Source: Amoebophrya sp. A120
Taxonomy: Eukaryota; Protista; Dinoflagellata
Length of the DNA: 64,000 nt
Assembly (NCBI GenBank): GCA_905178155.1
Contig: CAJINV010000003.1
Span: forward strand, 517,091 to 581,090
Direction of reading: 5' to 3'
This document shows, one piece after another, positions 11,088-23,344 of this stretch. The position numbers and the translations under genes are program-made. The notes under the pieces were generated by a model, which saw only the letters and a list, made by a program, of their open reading frames with translations, was not told where the DNA came from and ran no database searches. Each line of letters opens with the position of its first letter. Position 1 is the first letter of the stretch.

Positions 11088-13604
11088 ATGACGACGCCAA
11101 CGCGCCAGCTGGTCCTGGGATTCGATCTGAGCACGCAGTCGTGCAAAGCGGTTGTTGCAGATGCCGCTGATCCCGGCACCGTCCTGGCCGAGGTTTCGGT
11201 CAACTTCGAGACGGATCTCCCCGAGTACGCGACCACCAGCGGTTTCCAGAAGTCCGTGGACATTGAGGGCAACGAAGTGGTGCAATCCCCAGTGCTGATG
11301 TGGGTGGAGGCGTTTGAAACGTGCCTAAAACAGCTGATGAAAAAGCAGCACGACGACCACGCTTTGTTTTCCTTTGCAGAGATCGTGAGAATAACCGGCG
11401 CCGCGCAACAGCACGGAACCGTGTACCTCAATGCGTCGGCGGAGGAGTCCGGCCTGGACGATGCTTATTTCGCAGGTGGAGGTGTTGACCTTGACTCGTC
11501 TAGTAGCGCAAAAGGTCCTCGTGCGGCAACATCTTCCACACCGTCCTTGAAAGAGTTGGTGGCGCCCTACCTGTACAAGACGGAGAGCCCGATCTGGATG
11601 GACATGTCAACCACCAAGGAAGTGACCAGCCTGGAAAACCGGTTCGGGTGGGAGCACCTGACGCATACTACCGGTTCCCGAGCCTACGAGCGCTTTTCGG
11701 GGCTACAAATCGCGAAGTACGTGCGACAAGGCCGAGTTCTTACTGCTGGTGCTTCGACGGGGGATGAAAACGGAGACGGTCATCAAAATCGACCCACAAC
11801 TTCGGGTCGTCTCGCGAAGGTGCAGCTGATTTCCAATTTTATGTGCAGTCTGTGCACAGGACATTGGAGAATAAAGACGGAACTCTCAGACGCAGCAGGC
11901 ATGAACTTGCTGAATTTGCACACACGGAAATACGATTCGGAAATTCTGGAACACTTTGAAGTGCCGAAATCTTTGTTGACGGTGGAATCGGACGAGGAAA
12001 GTAAAGACAGTAAAAGCGAAGACCACGACATTGCGCCCGGTGAGGCTACCTACCCTGTGTCCAAGTACCTCGCGACCAAATATGGTTTTTCAAACCCTGC
12101 CTGTAAAGTCCAACCGTGGACCGGGGACAACTGCAGTGCGATTGTGGGCGCGCAACTTTTCCACGACGACCACGCCATCGTCAGCCTGGGCACGTCGGAT
12201 ACGCTTCTGTTTCTCCTTCCGAAAGGCTGCGTAAATTTGTCGGAAAAGAAGTTTGCGAGGATTCTCCCCTATGGCCACATTTTTCCGCACCCGGTTTTGA
12301 CCGATCGGTACTTCTTCATGCTGTGCTACAGCAACGGGGACGTGTGCCGCAAGGCCGTCCGAGACGCCTGTGCCGGAGTCGTGCGAGAAGATAAAAATGG
12401 CGTGGTGGATCTTCTGAACAACGCGGAGTTCCAGTTTTTTCCAGCTGAAAAGGAAAACAAGCTGAGGCGAGATCATGACCCAGTAGGCGCAGTGGATGGC
12501 GCACCAACAGAGGCACCAGGGCCACCACGACCTGTTTCGTCGAGCACGACAACCCAAGGCTGCGCAGTGGGCAACGAAGCGTCACCCGTAGAAGAAGACC
12601 ACCCTCTCAGCGCTGCTCCTGCGGCTCTTGAAGTAGATGCGAGCAGGAATCCCCCCGCGGCCGTCGTGACGGAGCACCGCTCCACTTCCAACTCTTCCAG
12701 TAAGCGCTCTCGGAGCGGGTTGGTGGAGGTCGTTGCGGTGTCCAGTCCCAGCATGGGCCACTCCGACGAGTGGGACGAAGCTTTGACCCCCGCGCAGAAG
12801 CAGGTTCAGTCCTGGGAAAAATTCGATCACTTGGTGGCCAGCACAGGGCCCGGAGGTGGAGCGGCTCCGGCTGCCGCAGATGCGTCCTCATCTCCGGAGT
12901 CACTGTACGTCGCCGGGTTTCTGCACGTGGACGAAATTTGCCCACCCGTGAAGACTTTCTCGAGCACGCGTGCTGGTGCAGGTGTGCAGACCACACCATC
13001 TTCGAGGTTTCGACAGCAAGTGCCAGCGGTCTTTGCTCGAAAATCTTCCGGGAGTGGTGGAACTGACAGCGATAAAAATTGGGAGATCGAGGAAGAGGAA
13101 AATCCCTTCGATGGGGTCTCCCCCGGTGTTTTTTGCCGCGGTGTGTTGGAGGCGCGGGCCATTGCGATGGCAGCGCACGCCAGGGCCTGCAGCGCCACAG
13201 CTGCAGCTGGGTCCTCATCAAGCCCGTCGTCTGCACCAGCAGCTGGTCATGGCGAAGAGCAGCGCTCACCACTTTTCAAGTGTATTACGGTCGCAGGCGG
13301 GGGCGCGCGAAACGAAAAATTTCTGCAAATACTTGCGAACGTTTTCCAGTGCAGGATAGTTCTGAATCCAAACGCAGCGAATCTGTGCGCCATGGGCTCC
13401 GTGTACAGAGGCTGTATAGCTTTAGATGGCGGCCAGAGCCTCACACGGTCCGCTACAGGAGCAGCTGCGACCACGTCCACGAGCTGCCATACGACCAGCA
13501 GCGTCGAGCCTGACCCGGCACTGGCGGGTACCTACGCGGAGATGGTCCGCGGCTATACACAGCTTGAAACAGAACTTTTACGGCGCTATTCTCGCAGGGT
13601 CTGA
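11088..13604 (+). CDS. XYLB: Xylulose kinase (FGGY family, eukaryotic XYLB/XKS1 type) with low-complexity insertions
   Basis: Motifs LGFDLSTQSCK, SPIWMD, GSRAYERFSGLQI, TGDN, SLGTSDT, HIFPHP, MLCYSNG and VAGGGARN. Confidence 0.92.
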   Translation: MTTPTRQLVLGFDLSTQSCKAVVADAADPGTVLAEVSVNFETDLPEYATTSGFQKSVDIEGNEVVQSPVLMWVEAFETCLKQLMKKQHDDHALFSFAEIVRITGAAQQHGTVYLNASAEESGLDDAYFAGGGVDLDSSSSAKGPRAATSSTPSLKELVAPYLYKTESPIWMDMSTTKEVTSLENRFGWEHLTHTTGSRAYERFSGLQIAKYVRQGRVLTAGASTGDENGDGHQNRPTTSGRLAKVQLISNFMCSLCTGHWRIKTELSDAAGMNLLNLHTRKYDSEILEHFEVPKSLLTVESDEESKDSKSEDHDIAPGEATYPVSKYLATKYGFSNPACKVQPWTGDNCSAIVGAQLFHDDHAIVSLGTSDTLLFLLPKGCVNLSEKKFARILPYGHIFPHPVLTDRYFFMLCYSNGDVCRKAVRDACAGVVREDKNGVVDLLNNAEFQFFPAEKENKLRRDHDPVGAVDGAPTEAPGPPRPVSSSTTTQGCAVGNEASPVEEDHPLSAAPAALEVDASRNPPAAVVTEHRSTSNSSSKRSRSGLVEVVAVSSPSMGHSDEWDEALTPAQKQVQSWEKFDHLVASTGPGGGAAPAAADASSSPESLYVAGFLHVDEICPPVKTFSSTRAGAGVQTTPSSRFRQQVPAVFARKSSGSGGTDSDKNWEIEEEENPFDGVSPGVFCRGVLEARAIAMAAHARACSATAAAGSSSSPSSAPAAGHGEEQRSPLFKCITVAGGGARNEKFLQILANVFQCRIVLNPNAANLCAMGSVYRGCIALDGGQSLTRSATGAAATTSTSCHTTSSVEPDPALAGTYAEMVRGYTQLETELLRRYSRRV

Positions 13605-14294
13605 GGTTCACACTGTTACTCTGGAATGCTGGTGGATTGTTCCTGACTCGTCTGAGTTATCTGACTAAAAATTTTTCTTTCAACCCCGGGAAAGCAGCAG
13701 GTCAAGTACCCTGCGTTCGTTGCGCGACATCAAACCAACTGCGTCAAAATAGCGCCGAATGCTATCGGCAGTATCTGCCCGGAAGCAGGGTTGAAGAAGT
13801 TTTTGATCATACGACTCGGACTTCTACATGTCTATGTCGTCGTGTTTGTGCTGCTTGTCGTGTGTAGTCTTCTGCCTTGTCGCGTTGCTGTAGAATTAAG
13901 TTCAAAAGATTGAGATTCTTTGCTCCGCGTCAGATTCGGATCCTCTTCTTCAAGTCCGGCTCTCAACGGTCTTAAGTTTTCTCTGCAGATGTAGTCGAGG
14001 ATGATCTGCTTTTTGTTTTCTTACGCTGCTCTGCTCGGAGCAGAACTGCTCCTCTACGAGAACAGTGTAGTTACCCGAAAATTTCATTTTATACGCAACA
14101 TGTCCACGAGCATGCAACCTGTAAGCCACTCCCACTGCGTGCTCCTCCTCTCACAGACCATGATAGATCAAGGATTTTCACCTCTGTGGATTAATTTCAG
14201 AGCCTTTCTTGTGTAGAAGATTCTCAGGAGTACATAGAGATAGAGGCTCCTTCGTTCACCTTGGTTGCAGCTTGTGGGACAAGAAAAAGTCGCA

Positions 14295-17128
14295 ATGATT
14301 GCCGGCAGTGAGGTTTTTGAGGCGCAGCTCCAAGGCGAAGATGATTGCGTCACGGATATGGTGTTTAACTACTATGGGGACCAAATGGTTTACGCCACAA
14401 TCCGAGGCACGCTTTCGTTTTGGACAAAGAAACAAGCGACTTCCGCTTCATCTACTACTCCATCCAGAACGAGCCATCCATCCCAGGAGCCGATGGATAA
14501 TACTACCGCACTCTTTGAGGAGCAGGATTTTCTTTCCGGTACCACAAGCACCACCGAAAACACGACGACCGCGGCCGCTAGTTCGAGGATGATGATGTTT
14601 GGGAAAAACAACAAGCCACGATTTGAATCGTCTGCAACTGATCATGAGCCTCCGAAGTCTTTGTGGCAGGAATGCAGTTCCATCGTGAATGCACACGAGG
14701 GTCCGATCTGGCGCATAGACTGGGTCCACCCGGAGTATGGGAGTAACATGATAATCACCTGTGGGGGTCTGGAACGGAATATCAAGGTGTGGGAGGAGCA
14801 GCAAGACGATAGTACAAACGAGAAAGTACTATGGCGAAAGATCTACGAGTATCAAGTGTAAAAATGTCTGGGTCTGGAAGAATTCATGTTTGTCATGCTT
14901 GTCTGGCATGACTCTTAAATCTGTCATGCACGTTACCCAAGAGCTACGCTTTTCTGTGATGCAGAAGCGCAGTTTGTCATGCAGAATTCGCAACACCTAG
15001 GAGCTCAGAAACTTGTCATGCTGAGCCAGCATTTGTAGCCTCATCATGAGACGCCACCCAGCATTACAAGTTTTCAGACCCAGACATTTTTACATTTGAT
15101 AACGAGACACCGGGCCCCATCGCGAAGAGCGGCCTTGGAGTTGACGGCGATCAGTTTTTGGATTACGACCCTGCCGAGCAATATAGAAGTGTCAGGATTG
15201 AAATCGTCAAAGTTGAAATAGTTTGTCATGCATAAAATGGAGGCCAGTTGTGCCCCAGTTTCCAAGTGGCGCATGACAAAGTTGGGTAGAGCCGAAATCC
15301 AGTCTGTCATGCTGTTTAGGCAAAGAAGAATGCTCCTGTCATGTTATTTTAGCAGCTCAGTTTCTATCCCTCAACAGGCTTACAATCTGCCTCACTTGCC
15401 TACTCTGCAAGACAGGCACTCTTTGGGCTGCATTTTATGCATGACAAATCATTTCAACTTTGACGATAATTTCAATCCTGACACACGCATAAGCAAGTTT
15501 CCGACGTGAAATTCGCGCCGCATCACTTCGGACTGAAGTTCGCCGCGGCCAGCTGGAACGGGGCGGTGACCATCTACTGTCTAGCTTCCGAAGAGGTCAA
15601 GCCGCAGCAGTCTCTGCTGGTGGGACGGGGCGCGCCAGCAGTTCTGTCGGCTGCGGAACGCGAGCCCAAGGTGAAGATCTATTGGATGGAGTTTGAGGAG
15701 TTTCATGCCGAAGGAGAACTACGTGATGGGGATGAAGCCGGGGCACCAGGTGGAATATCAAGTACTAGCGGGGACTGCCCAGGAAATGAAAATGTGCCTA
15801 AGAACGATGAAGAGCAGCAGGACGCGGTCGTGTCCTCGTCCCGGCAACAAGGTCAACAACATCTTTCAGGATCATTGATGGCGATTCGCAGAAATGCTGC
15901 CAAAACGACAAACCGGTACGCCACACTGACACCAAAAAACGAGGCTCCACCGAAAAAGAACGCGGGAACGATCGCGCTTGCCTGGTGTCCATACAGACAT
16001 CAGGAATACATTGCTTCGGTATGATAACGACAAAAAGAAAATGATCATGACTTGTTTTTGGGAATTTCATTTTTACTGTCGAAAAATAGCACGACCTACC
16101 AATTACCACGGAATACGATTTTTTTTTTTGAGATGAAGATCCGGTAGTTCTTCACTTAATTTTCCCTACAGGTAAATGTCGATGGGCATTTCTACATCCA
16201 CGGTAGGCCACCGACATCTGATGATGACCGGACACCGTTTGGCTTTCCCGAAGACAGTAGATTTCTGGCACATAAGCGCCGGACTTGGATTCAGCTGCAC
16301 CGCGAAAGGCAGGACGAAGAAATAAAACCGAAGAACACGGACGTGAAGGACGTGGCATTCGCGCCTAACCTGTGCAGACCGTTCGAGCTCCTAGTCACGT
16401 GTGGAACCAATTTCAGTGCGAAGCTCTGGCGCTTCGATATAGCTCCGGTTAGGGTTCCTTGCCGGATCCCGGTCCCTACTGTCCCCAGAGATGCACCTTC
16501 TTCCTCTGCGGGAGGTCGTCCTGACAGCGGGTTCAACAGCTCCTGCAACCCGAGCCCTACCAACACGACCGAGGACAGAGACCGATTTGCAGACTATTAC
16601 GAGTTTGACACGAAGTTGTCCCTCTTGAAGGTGCTAAGCACAGAGCGAGACATCGTTACGAACCCGTCGCGCAATTTATTTGGTCTTCCTGATCCATACT
16701 TGGATGATACAACGATTTGGCGCTGCTCGTGGAATGTTTCCGGTACGGCGTTTACCCTGGCGCCGGGTTCCGGTCGCCTCCAGGTGTGGCAACTGCGGCA
16801 CGTGCCAGGAGGATTCGAAAAAACCTGGGTCCAAAGCCATACCGTGGACCACACAGATAATTACATCTCGATGAAGCAGGTGGAGGACGAAGATAGGGGA
16901 CCGATCGACAAGGCCGAATTGCGCAACAGAACAAACAGCGACACTGCAACTAGAGGTCATGCGACCTCCTCCTCTGGGATGGAAACGAGGACAGCACTCA
17001 TTCCAGAGGACACAAGCATCGCGGTTGCTGGCAGTGCCACGGGTATAATTCATCAGGGGCTCACGCTCCGTAAGAGTCACAATCTCGCCCCCGACGAGCG
17101 CCGCGCACCCGCCTCGGGAGGAGCATGA
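14295..17128 (+). CDS. SEH1: Nucleoporin SEH1-like WD40 protein
   Basis: Motifs AHEGPIWRIDWVHPEYG, IKVWEEQ, VSDVKFAPHHFGLKFAAAS, DVAFAPNLCRPFELLVT and IWRCSWNVSGT. Exons 14295-14849, 15107-15181, 15497-16018, 16172-17128. Confidence 0.88.
14850..15101. mobile_element. Introner-like TIR element 5 (family A)
   Basis: TIR TATCAAgTGTAAAAATGTCTGGGTCTG. DR ACGAG. 252 bp, close full-length match to 53285-53536. Confidence 0.95.
15182..15491. mobile_element. Introner-like TIR element 6
   Basis: ~55-bp imperfect TIR (GTGTCAGGATTGAAAT...CGTCAAAGTTGAAAT...TTTGTCATGCATAAAATG). DR AGCAA. Removal restores AEQVSDVKFAP. Confidence 0.92.
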
Positions 17129-17888
17129 AAAAGGCGCGGCTCCCGCAGGAACGGACGGGCCAGTGAGCAGGAAGGTGTGACATCAAGGTAACGAAAGCGA
17201 AATATAATGACAAAATATGAAGACGGGTGTGTGGAGAAGGTAGACTTAGAAGGAGAACAACTGTGCTCCTCAGGAAACCGAGACTCACATTTGTTCCAAA
17301 AAACTCTACTCAAGAGTGACATCTGATGCAAGAAGCCGCCACCGCGCAATAAAAGCACTTACACTTAAGTACTCTCAAAACCACATGTGGAGGATTTTGC
17401 ACGAAGCAGGTTAATAATGAACTTGAACGCGACAGCATTCTGGCTATATCGACTTAGAAGATGCATCGGAATTTATTTTTATGAGTGGTCCACCCCCCCT
17501 GTAACTGCATCGGTCTCTTGCAGAATACAGCTATGGCTGTTCCTTATGGAATGGAAATCAATATCAAATGAAAATGCTTTTTGTTTTTTGTACTTTCAGG
17601 ATGAACTACATTTTTGTGGTTGTGCAACTACATCTAGAAGACGGCCTAGTGGCTGGATGCGGGTGCGGAGACACGATCCCTCTACACTGCAACTACCCTT
17701 GCCTCGTTGTTCTAGTCGTCCGTGGCACTAAAGCTCTGTTTTGTTTTTGGTTCTAGATCGTTGAGACGTGTTTCAGCTATCTTTCAACTTTTGCCTTGCC
17801 TACGAGAAGCCACAGCGTTGTACGGACAACAACTGCCTCCACTGCCCCAGGCACTATCTTCGCAATCTTCCCGATCGTTTGGAACAAC

Positions 17889-20800
17889 ATGAGTATGTCG
17901 GATCTTTCCAAAACGATGCCCGCGGAGGCTGCTCTCGCGGATGACAGTCCTTCACCCCGGCAGACGCAGAAGTTTGTATTGCAGAAGGAACATCTTCACC
18001 AGCAAAGGAAAAAATCGTCGAGACGAGGAATAAACAAGGCGGGAACTTCGCGGTCTCAGTCGGTTCTGGATGTCGTAGCAGCGCCTGACGAGCGGTCTTT
18101 GCTCGGAGGTCGTGGGACATCAACGAGAAATTCGTCCGCGAAGGCCGCGACGAGCTCGAGTACAACTTCATTTGGCCTCGCATCATGCACCGTACTGCAT
18201 CTTGCCTCCATCGTTGCAGGCCTGCTCGTGTTCGCGATGGTTGGTGTGTGGATCGGAGTCGCGTACAGTGGGGTCGTACTGCACACGTCGCCTGCTGATA
18301 GTACGGGGGACACTGGAACTACGAATCAACAGCCGAGGCAGACACCTCCCGGCACAGGAGGTGGGGCCGCTCTGAAACCAACGGGAGGTGGATCTGCTAC
18401 CACGACACGTTCTGTTGCCGATCATCTCTTTTCCGGCGGGGCTGCCCCCGGCGCAGCTGCCGGATCATCGTCAGCGACGGATGTGGATTTCGAGGGCCTT
18501 TTGAAGAGCCTTGACACCTCAGACCACGCGGATGACCCCGCGGTCAGGGAGTTCGTCGAAGCGCTTCAAGAGGTGGGTAGGATCATCGACAGCGAACACC
18601 ACGAGGGAAACGCGCAGCTCTTGCTGAAGCACGGAGTTCCGGGGGCCGCAGGCAGAAATAAACGCTTGAAGGGCGCCGCGGGTGGTCCGCCGGGCGACAG
18701 CCTCGCGTGGACGATCTACAGTCAGCTGGTCACGGGGGGCCAGGCCACCACCGCGGCGGAACTGAAGATGATCGTGAAGCTTCTCGCCTTCGGGGTGAAA
18801 AACGTCGTGGATAACCCGACGGGTCGGGCGGACCTGATGGAGCAGCGACACCACAAGCAGGCAAAGCGGTTTTACGAGAACGTGAAGGCGATGGTATTCA
18901 GGGGTAAAGCGGCGGCCAGTGGGGACGCGGCCACCGATCCGACCGTCTCCACCGGGACCATCGGTGCTGTCCCGGGCGGAAAGACGTTTTTTACCGAAGC
19001 GCAGCTGACCGGGAAGCTGCCCTACTCGCCGCAAGACGCTTGGAAGGCGTTCCAGCTGTCCGCCGCCATTTACCAGATTCCCCTGGAGGGGAAGGACGAT
19101 ACGCAGGAAAGCAGAGACAGTGCCCGAGCCTGGATGGAAGGGTTTCTGCGAGACGGTACGAATTTTTTAGTACAGGACGGTCTGGAGCCGATGTTGCCGG
19201 GAAGGAAGATAACGATAACCAACGCGACGAAAGTCGAAGGTAAAACAGACACTGAAACTTCATCTCCTGGTGCTAGTATGGACATCCAAAACCTGTTCAT
19301 TGGCGTTCCCCATGGCCACAAGATGGAGAAGTCGGGCGCGGCCGTGGCCGGAGACTTGTTCAGCTGGCTCGTGACGAAAACCACTAGCATCGGCTTCGAG
19401 GCTGCGCAGCCGCTGATGCGCCTGCTCGGCTTCTCCCTGGCAAAAGGCTGGCGGCCGTGGCACGAATGGAGTAATGCGAAAATAAATTCGACTTCATCTT
19501 CTGGCACCACAAGCGAAACATTACCACACCATCCAGCGCACCACGAACACACGCCGCAGCCGGCGAAGCCAGGAGGCGATGATGGCCCGACGCCAGAGCA
19601 AACGGAGAACAGCTTCGACGTTATTTCTGAGTTACCCCGCTGGATGTTTTTCGTGGACGCAAACACCAAGCAGGCGCACTTTGTGTTCCGCGGAACCATG
19701 ACGTTGGCGGATTGGAACACGAACCTCAAAGTCACGGGTGACGAAACCTCGCCCGTCAGAAGAGCCTACAAGAGGCACCAGACGGTTGCGGAAGTATCCC
19801 CGGAGAGGACCCAACAAGGCCAAGCAGAGAGAAGAAAATCTTCACTGGACACGAGTACTACAACACCCGACGCGACCTTCTCCGAGGAAAATGGTATCAA
19901 GAGCGAAGGCCAAGAACACCACGATGTCGCCCCGGAAAAAAACAAGTTTCTTGCAGGTTCCCCGCCTGTGCAGCTCGAAGTCGAACCTGAGCCACAGGAG
20001 CAAATAACAAGTGGAGGAGAAGAGAATGAAAGCCAAAACCCGTCGACCCAACCAACCGCTGTGCAGCCAGGCCGTTTGTCAACACCGCCGGGTGAGCTCA
20101 AACTGCATGGCGGTTTTTATCAACGGGTGCGCGAATCGCTCGCAGACTTCGAATTGCAGCTCAGAAAGGAATGCGTCACGTACTACTGGAGCGCGAAAAC
20201 TTCATCTACCCCAGCAAGTTTCTACCATGATTCGCCGACATCCTCGCGGGGGCGGGACGCTGTCGCAGAGTCAGAAGATCAAGATGCAACTGCGACAGGG
20301 AAGAGCGAGGGCGTTGGAACTCCTCCTGCATCGACAGATGATGTTGATGATGCACTTTCGGTACGGGTACAACACGATCAAGCGGAGATCGAGCGCGGCT
20401 GTGGCCTTGCCCATGCCCCTGAACCTCAAGATGATCCGGGGAAAGGCAAAAATCAAAATGTCGATACTCGTGTCTGGGACGCTTTCAACAATAAGAAAAC
20501 AAAACTTCAGCACTTGATGGAGGAGCAGTCGTTTTTGCCGCTGTCGGAGCGCATTGACGTGGTTGTTGGGGAGAGGAACGACGACTTTCGCATCGTGCGG
20601 CCGCTTGCCCGCGAGAAGCAAGTGAAGACCAACTACGCAGCCGCGGCAAATAAGAGAAGTAATGCCACACAACTACCACCAGAAACTGGGCATGGACTTC
20701 ATGCGCAAGCTGTAGAGGCGCCAAGTTTGTCTCCTGCAGGAGCGTGCGAGCACGGGAAGTCTGCACCTGCTGAACGCGAAGAAGATGGTGCTCTTGCAGC

Positions 20801-22103
20801 TATTCAAGCACCACAAGCTCCTGGAGCGCGAAGATCGGCGGGACCACCAGCCTCTTCCGCAACGAGGGACCGCGGAATATTTCACGCATTGCATCAAGGA
20901 TTCGAATTTGAATTAGACGACCCCTTGCTCGATGTTTCGCTCCAACGCATACTGACAACCGAAGAGAGCGGAGGTGAAGAAGAAACCAAAGATGGACCAC
21001 GGAAGAGTAGTATTGACGGCGCGCGGTTCGTGGAGTACCTAAACCACCTTTCCGAAGGCATTTCAAGTCTGCAGATCACGGGGCATAGTCTTGGCGGAGC
21101 GAGTGCACTCATTTTGCACCGAATTTGGAAAAGCCACCCGGTGCTGCGGATTCTCTTCGCAAACGTTGTTGTCGCAGGAGGTCCCGCGGGGGATGTGGAG
21201 GAGGCCCGAGTTACGACAATCGCGTATTCTGCGCCACCTTTTCTAGCTGCGCCGCGGAATGACGAGGAAAAAACACAGAAGTGGCTCTACGTCACAGACG
21301 AGTCTGAGATTTCATCGGAGGGGGCTGCAGGAGCTCCAGCTCCTCCCGTGAAGGTCGAGATGAACGGTGATTCAGGCGTAGACCACGGAAGATACGATGG
21401 ACTACAGTACGAGCACGTTCCGGAGCCCACGCACTTCAAGAACGCGCACAATCTCGTGGTGGGTTTTGATCCCGTGCACCGGTTGGGGCACCTCTCTGTG
21501 TCTGCCGATGTGTTGATGTATACGAAGCTGGGCTCCTACTTGTGGCTAGTGCCAGATCGGTACTACAACGATCCGACAGGAGGAGGTGAAGCTGGTGTGC
21601 CAGCGGTCTCAGCAGGAGCATCTACTGCGCAGATCGGCGCCGCCGAGGAGGAAGCCAAACCTGCTGCAAATTCCGCCCTGCTCATCAACCGAAGCAACAA
21701 CTTCCGTCTACTGGATCTGAAGCCTGAGGTTTTAAACAAATTTTTCGGGCGCGTAGACACGAAGATGACCACGATCGAGGCGGGTATGGCCGTTGGCGAT
21801 CACCTGATGAAAAATTTCATCTACGAGGTGTACCATCTCTCTGTGCAGCGAAAGAAAGACGAAGACCTTGATGCTGCTGGTAATTTACATTTTGACGACG
21901 CTGATAATGATAAAAATCCCAGCAGCAACACGAACACCCCAGCGATCATTATTCCAACAACCAAGTCCGGCGACGTGCATCAGCACAAAAGCGGACAAAT
22001 AACGCTGACGCAGACAACCCCATCTACCACTTCCACGCACGAGCCATCGCCGTTCTCTCAAGTTCTGTGGGACAAGGACACTGAACCTGAGGCTATTGCA
22101 TGA
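17889..22103 (+). CDS. Class 3 lipase-like protein with N-terminal TM segment; probable original last exon at 25372-25484
   Basis: Motifs FVFRGT, LHGGFY, ITGHSLGG nucleophile elbow and DPVHRL. The frame continues WDKDTE-LPEGGADEEV...QEG* if 22087-25371 is removed. Confidence 0.85.
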   Translation: MSMSDLSKTMPAEAALADDSPSPRQTQKFVLQKEHLHQQRKKSSRRGINKAGTSRSQSVLDVVAAPDERSLLGGRGTSTRNSSAKAATSSSTTSFGLASCTVLHLASIVAGLLVFAMVGVWIGVAYSGVVLHTSPADSTGDTGTTNQQPRQTPPGTGGGAALKPTGGGSATTTRSVADHLFSGGAAPGAAAGSSSATDVDFEGLLKSLDTSDHADDPAVREFVEALQEVGRIIDSEHHEGNAQLLLKHGVPGAAGRNKRLKGAAGGPPGDSLAWTIYSQLVTGGQATTAAELKMIVKLLAFGVKNVVDNPTGRADLMEQRHHKQAKRFYENVKAMVFRGKAAASGDAATDPTVSTGTIGAVPGGKTFFTEAQLTGKLPYSPQDAWKAFQLSAAIYQIPLEGKDDTQESRDSARAWMEGFLRDGTNFLVQDGLEPMLPGRKITITNATKVEGKTDTETSSPGASMDIQNLFIGVPHGHKMEKSGAAVAGDLFSWLVTKTTSIGFEAAQPLMRLLGFSLAKGWRPWHEWSNAKINSTSSSGTTSETLPHHPAHHEHTPQPAKPGGDDGPTPEQTENSFDVISELPRWMFFVDANTKQAHFVFRGTMTLADWNTNLKVTGDETSPVRRAYKRHQTVAEVSPERTQQGQAERRKSSLDTSTTTPDATFSEENGIKSEGQEHHDVAPEKNKFLAGSPPVQLEVEPEPQEQITSGGEENESQNPSTQPTAVQPGRLSTPPGELKLHGGFYQRVRESLADFELQLRKECVTYYWSAKTSSTPASFYHDSPTSSRGRDAVAESEDQDATATGKSEGVGTPPASTDDVDDALSVRVQHDQAEIERGCGLAHAPEPQDDPGKGKNQNVDTRVWDAFNNKKTKLQHLMEEQSFLPLSERIDVVVGERNDDFRIVRPLAREKQVKTNYAAAANKRSNATQLPPETGHGLHAQAVEAPSLSPAGACEHGKSAPAEREEDGALAAIQAPQAPGARRSAGPPASSATRDRGIFHALHQGFEFELDDPLLDVSLQRILTTEESGGEEETKDGPRKSSIDGARFVEYLNHLSEGISSLQITGHSLGGASALILHRIWKSHPVLRILFANVVVAGGPAGDVEEARVTTIAYSAPPFLAAPRNDEEKTQKWLYVTDESEISSEGAAGAPAPPVKVEMNGDSGVDHGRYDGLQYEHVPEPTHFKNAHNLVVGFDPVHRLGHLSVSADVLMYTKLGSYLWLVPDRYYNDPTGGGEAGVPAVSAGASTAQIGAAEEEAKPAANSALLINRSNNFRLLDLKPEVLNKFFGRVDTKMTTIEAGMAVGDHLMKNFIYEVYHLSVQRKKDEDLDAAGNLHFDDADNDKNPSSNTNTPAIIIPTTKSGDVHQHKSGQITLTQTTPSTTSTHEPSPFSQVLWDKDTEPEAIA

Positions 22104-23275
22104 TGTGGCCACCAATGCATCTAGTGCCGGCGGCACCGGGGCCCGGGGCCTTCGCCCTCCGTTGCATGCGCCTGCCCTTCGGTCCACAGAGAAGACAGAA
22201 CCCGCCGGCCGCGCACACACAGCTTTGGGCGCGCGGCGGCAATTGTCCCGCTCCGTGCAAGCCCCACCAAGCCAAGGGCTTCGCGCAATGCGCCCAAGTC
22301 TGCCGGGGCCGGGGCAACGAGCAGGGAGCGAAAATAAAGGCAGGCGGCGCGCAAAAGCGGGCCCCGCCCGGTGATTCTATTGCAGAAAAGAAACAGGCGG
22401 GGCGCGCCCCGTATATTGCGTTGCCGGGCCCGCCTGGTGTCTGTTAGTCTTCCGCCCCGATTTGCGGGGGCGGTTGCTGGCCTTCTTTGTGTTGGCCCGC
22501 CCTGGTTTCCCGCGTTTTTTTCGCACGACATCCCCGGGTCAAATGTGCACGAGGGGGCGTTGGCCCTCAAAATAAAAGCGCCGGGCGCGCCGCGGCCTTT
22601 TGGGTAGCCTAGGTAGCGAAGAGAATGAACGGCCGACGGCCTCCCATCAATCAGAACCCCGGCCCGGGCCCGGAGTAGATGCAGCCGGCGCGCAAAATAG
22701 AGAGGCCACTCTCATGGGCGTGCGTGCTTGCGAAACAAAGACAACCGCCACAATTTTGCGCGCGGCCCCGGCGTGTCTCGCGGGCGCCCCTTGGGGCGGG
22801 GCCGGCTTGGGGTGCGTGGATGGTCCGCGGAAAAGTTGTGCTTCCTCCCTAAGCCACAACTTTTCCCGGAGTCCGGTCGTGTTTGAGGGTAAAAAGAAGC
22901 TGCACAACGCCCAAGGGGGGCAGAAAAAGACAGCCACAGGTCGTGCGTAACCTAATGCAGCATGGTATGGCTGCGAGGAAAATTCGCACGCAGCGATACC
23001 ATGCAGCATAACCTCACGCCCGATGCTATCGGGAGTGCGAATATTGCTGCTTGGGGATAGCATCGCGCAAAAGGTTACGCCCGACGGTGTGCAGCGGCTG
23101 TGGCAGCCGCTTGTGGCGAACGGGGGGATTTGTAATGCGGAGAAGAGCCCGGGTTGCGGAGAACCCGAGGGTCCGGGCTTTCCCCTCTCCCCATTTTACC
23201 CACAACCCGAACCCCGAGCTCTGGGGAGCCCCGCACTCCGCATGTGTAATGCGGAGAGCCCGACCTTTCTTCCGC

Positions 23276-23344
23276 CCATTGCATTTGTAATGCGGAGAGC
23301 CCGACCTTTGAAAGGTCGGGCTCTCCGCATTACAAACGCAATGG
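23276..23344. repeat. 69-bp near-perfect palindrome within a TTGTAATGCGGA repeat cluster
   Basis: 34-nt arms CCATTGCATTTGTAATGCGGAGAGCCCGACCTTT / AAAGGTCGGGCTCTCCGCATTACAAACGCAATGG, 1-nt spacer, 1 mismatch. Confidence 0.9.

Noticed and set aside
22051-22062. Dinoflagellate spliced-leader relic suggested by ...CTCAAG (also CATTTTGGC near 63435)
   Set aside because: Only 6-9 nt match DCCGTAGCCATTTTGGCTCAAG, which is expected by chance.
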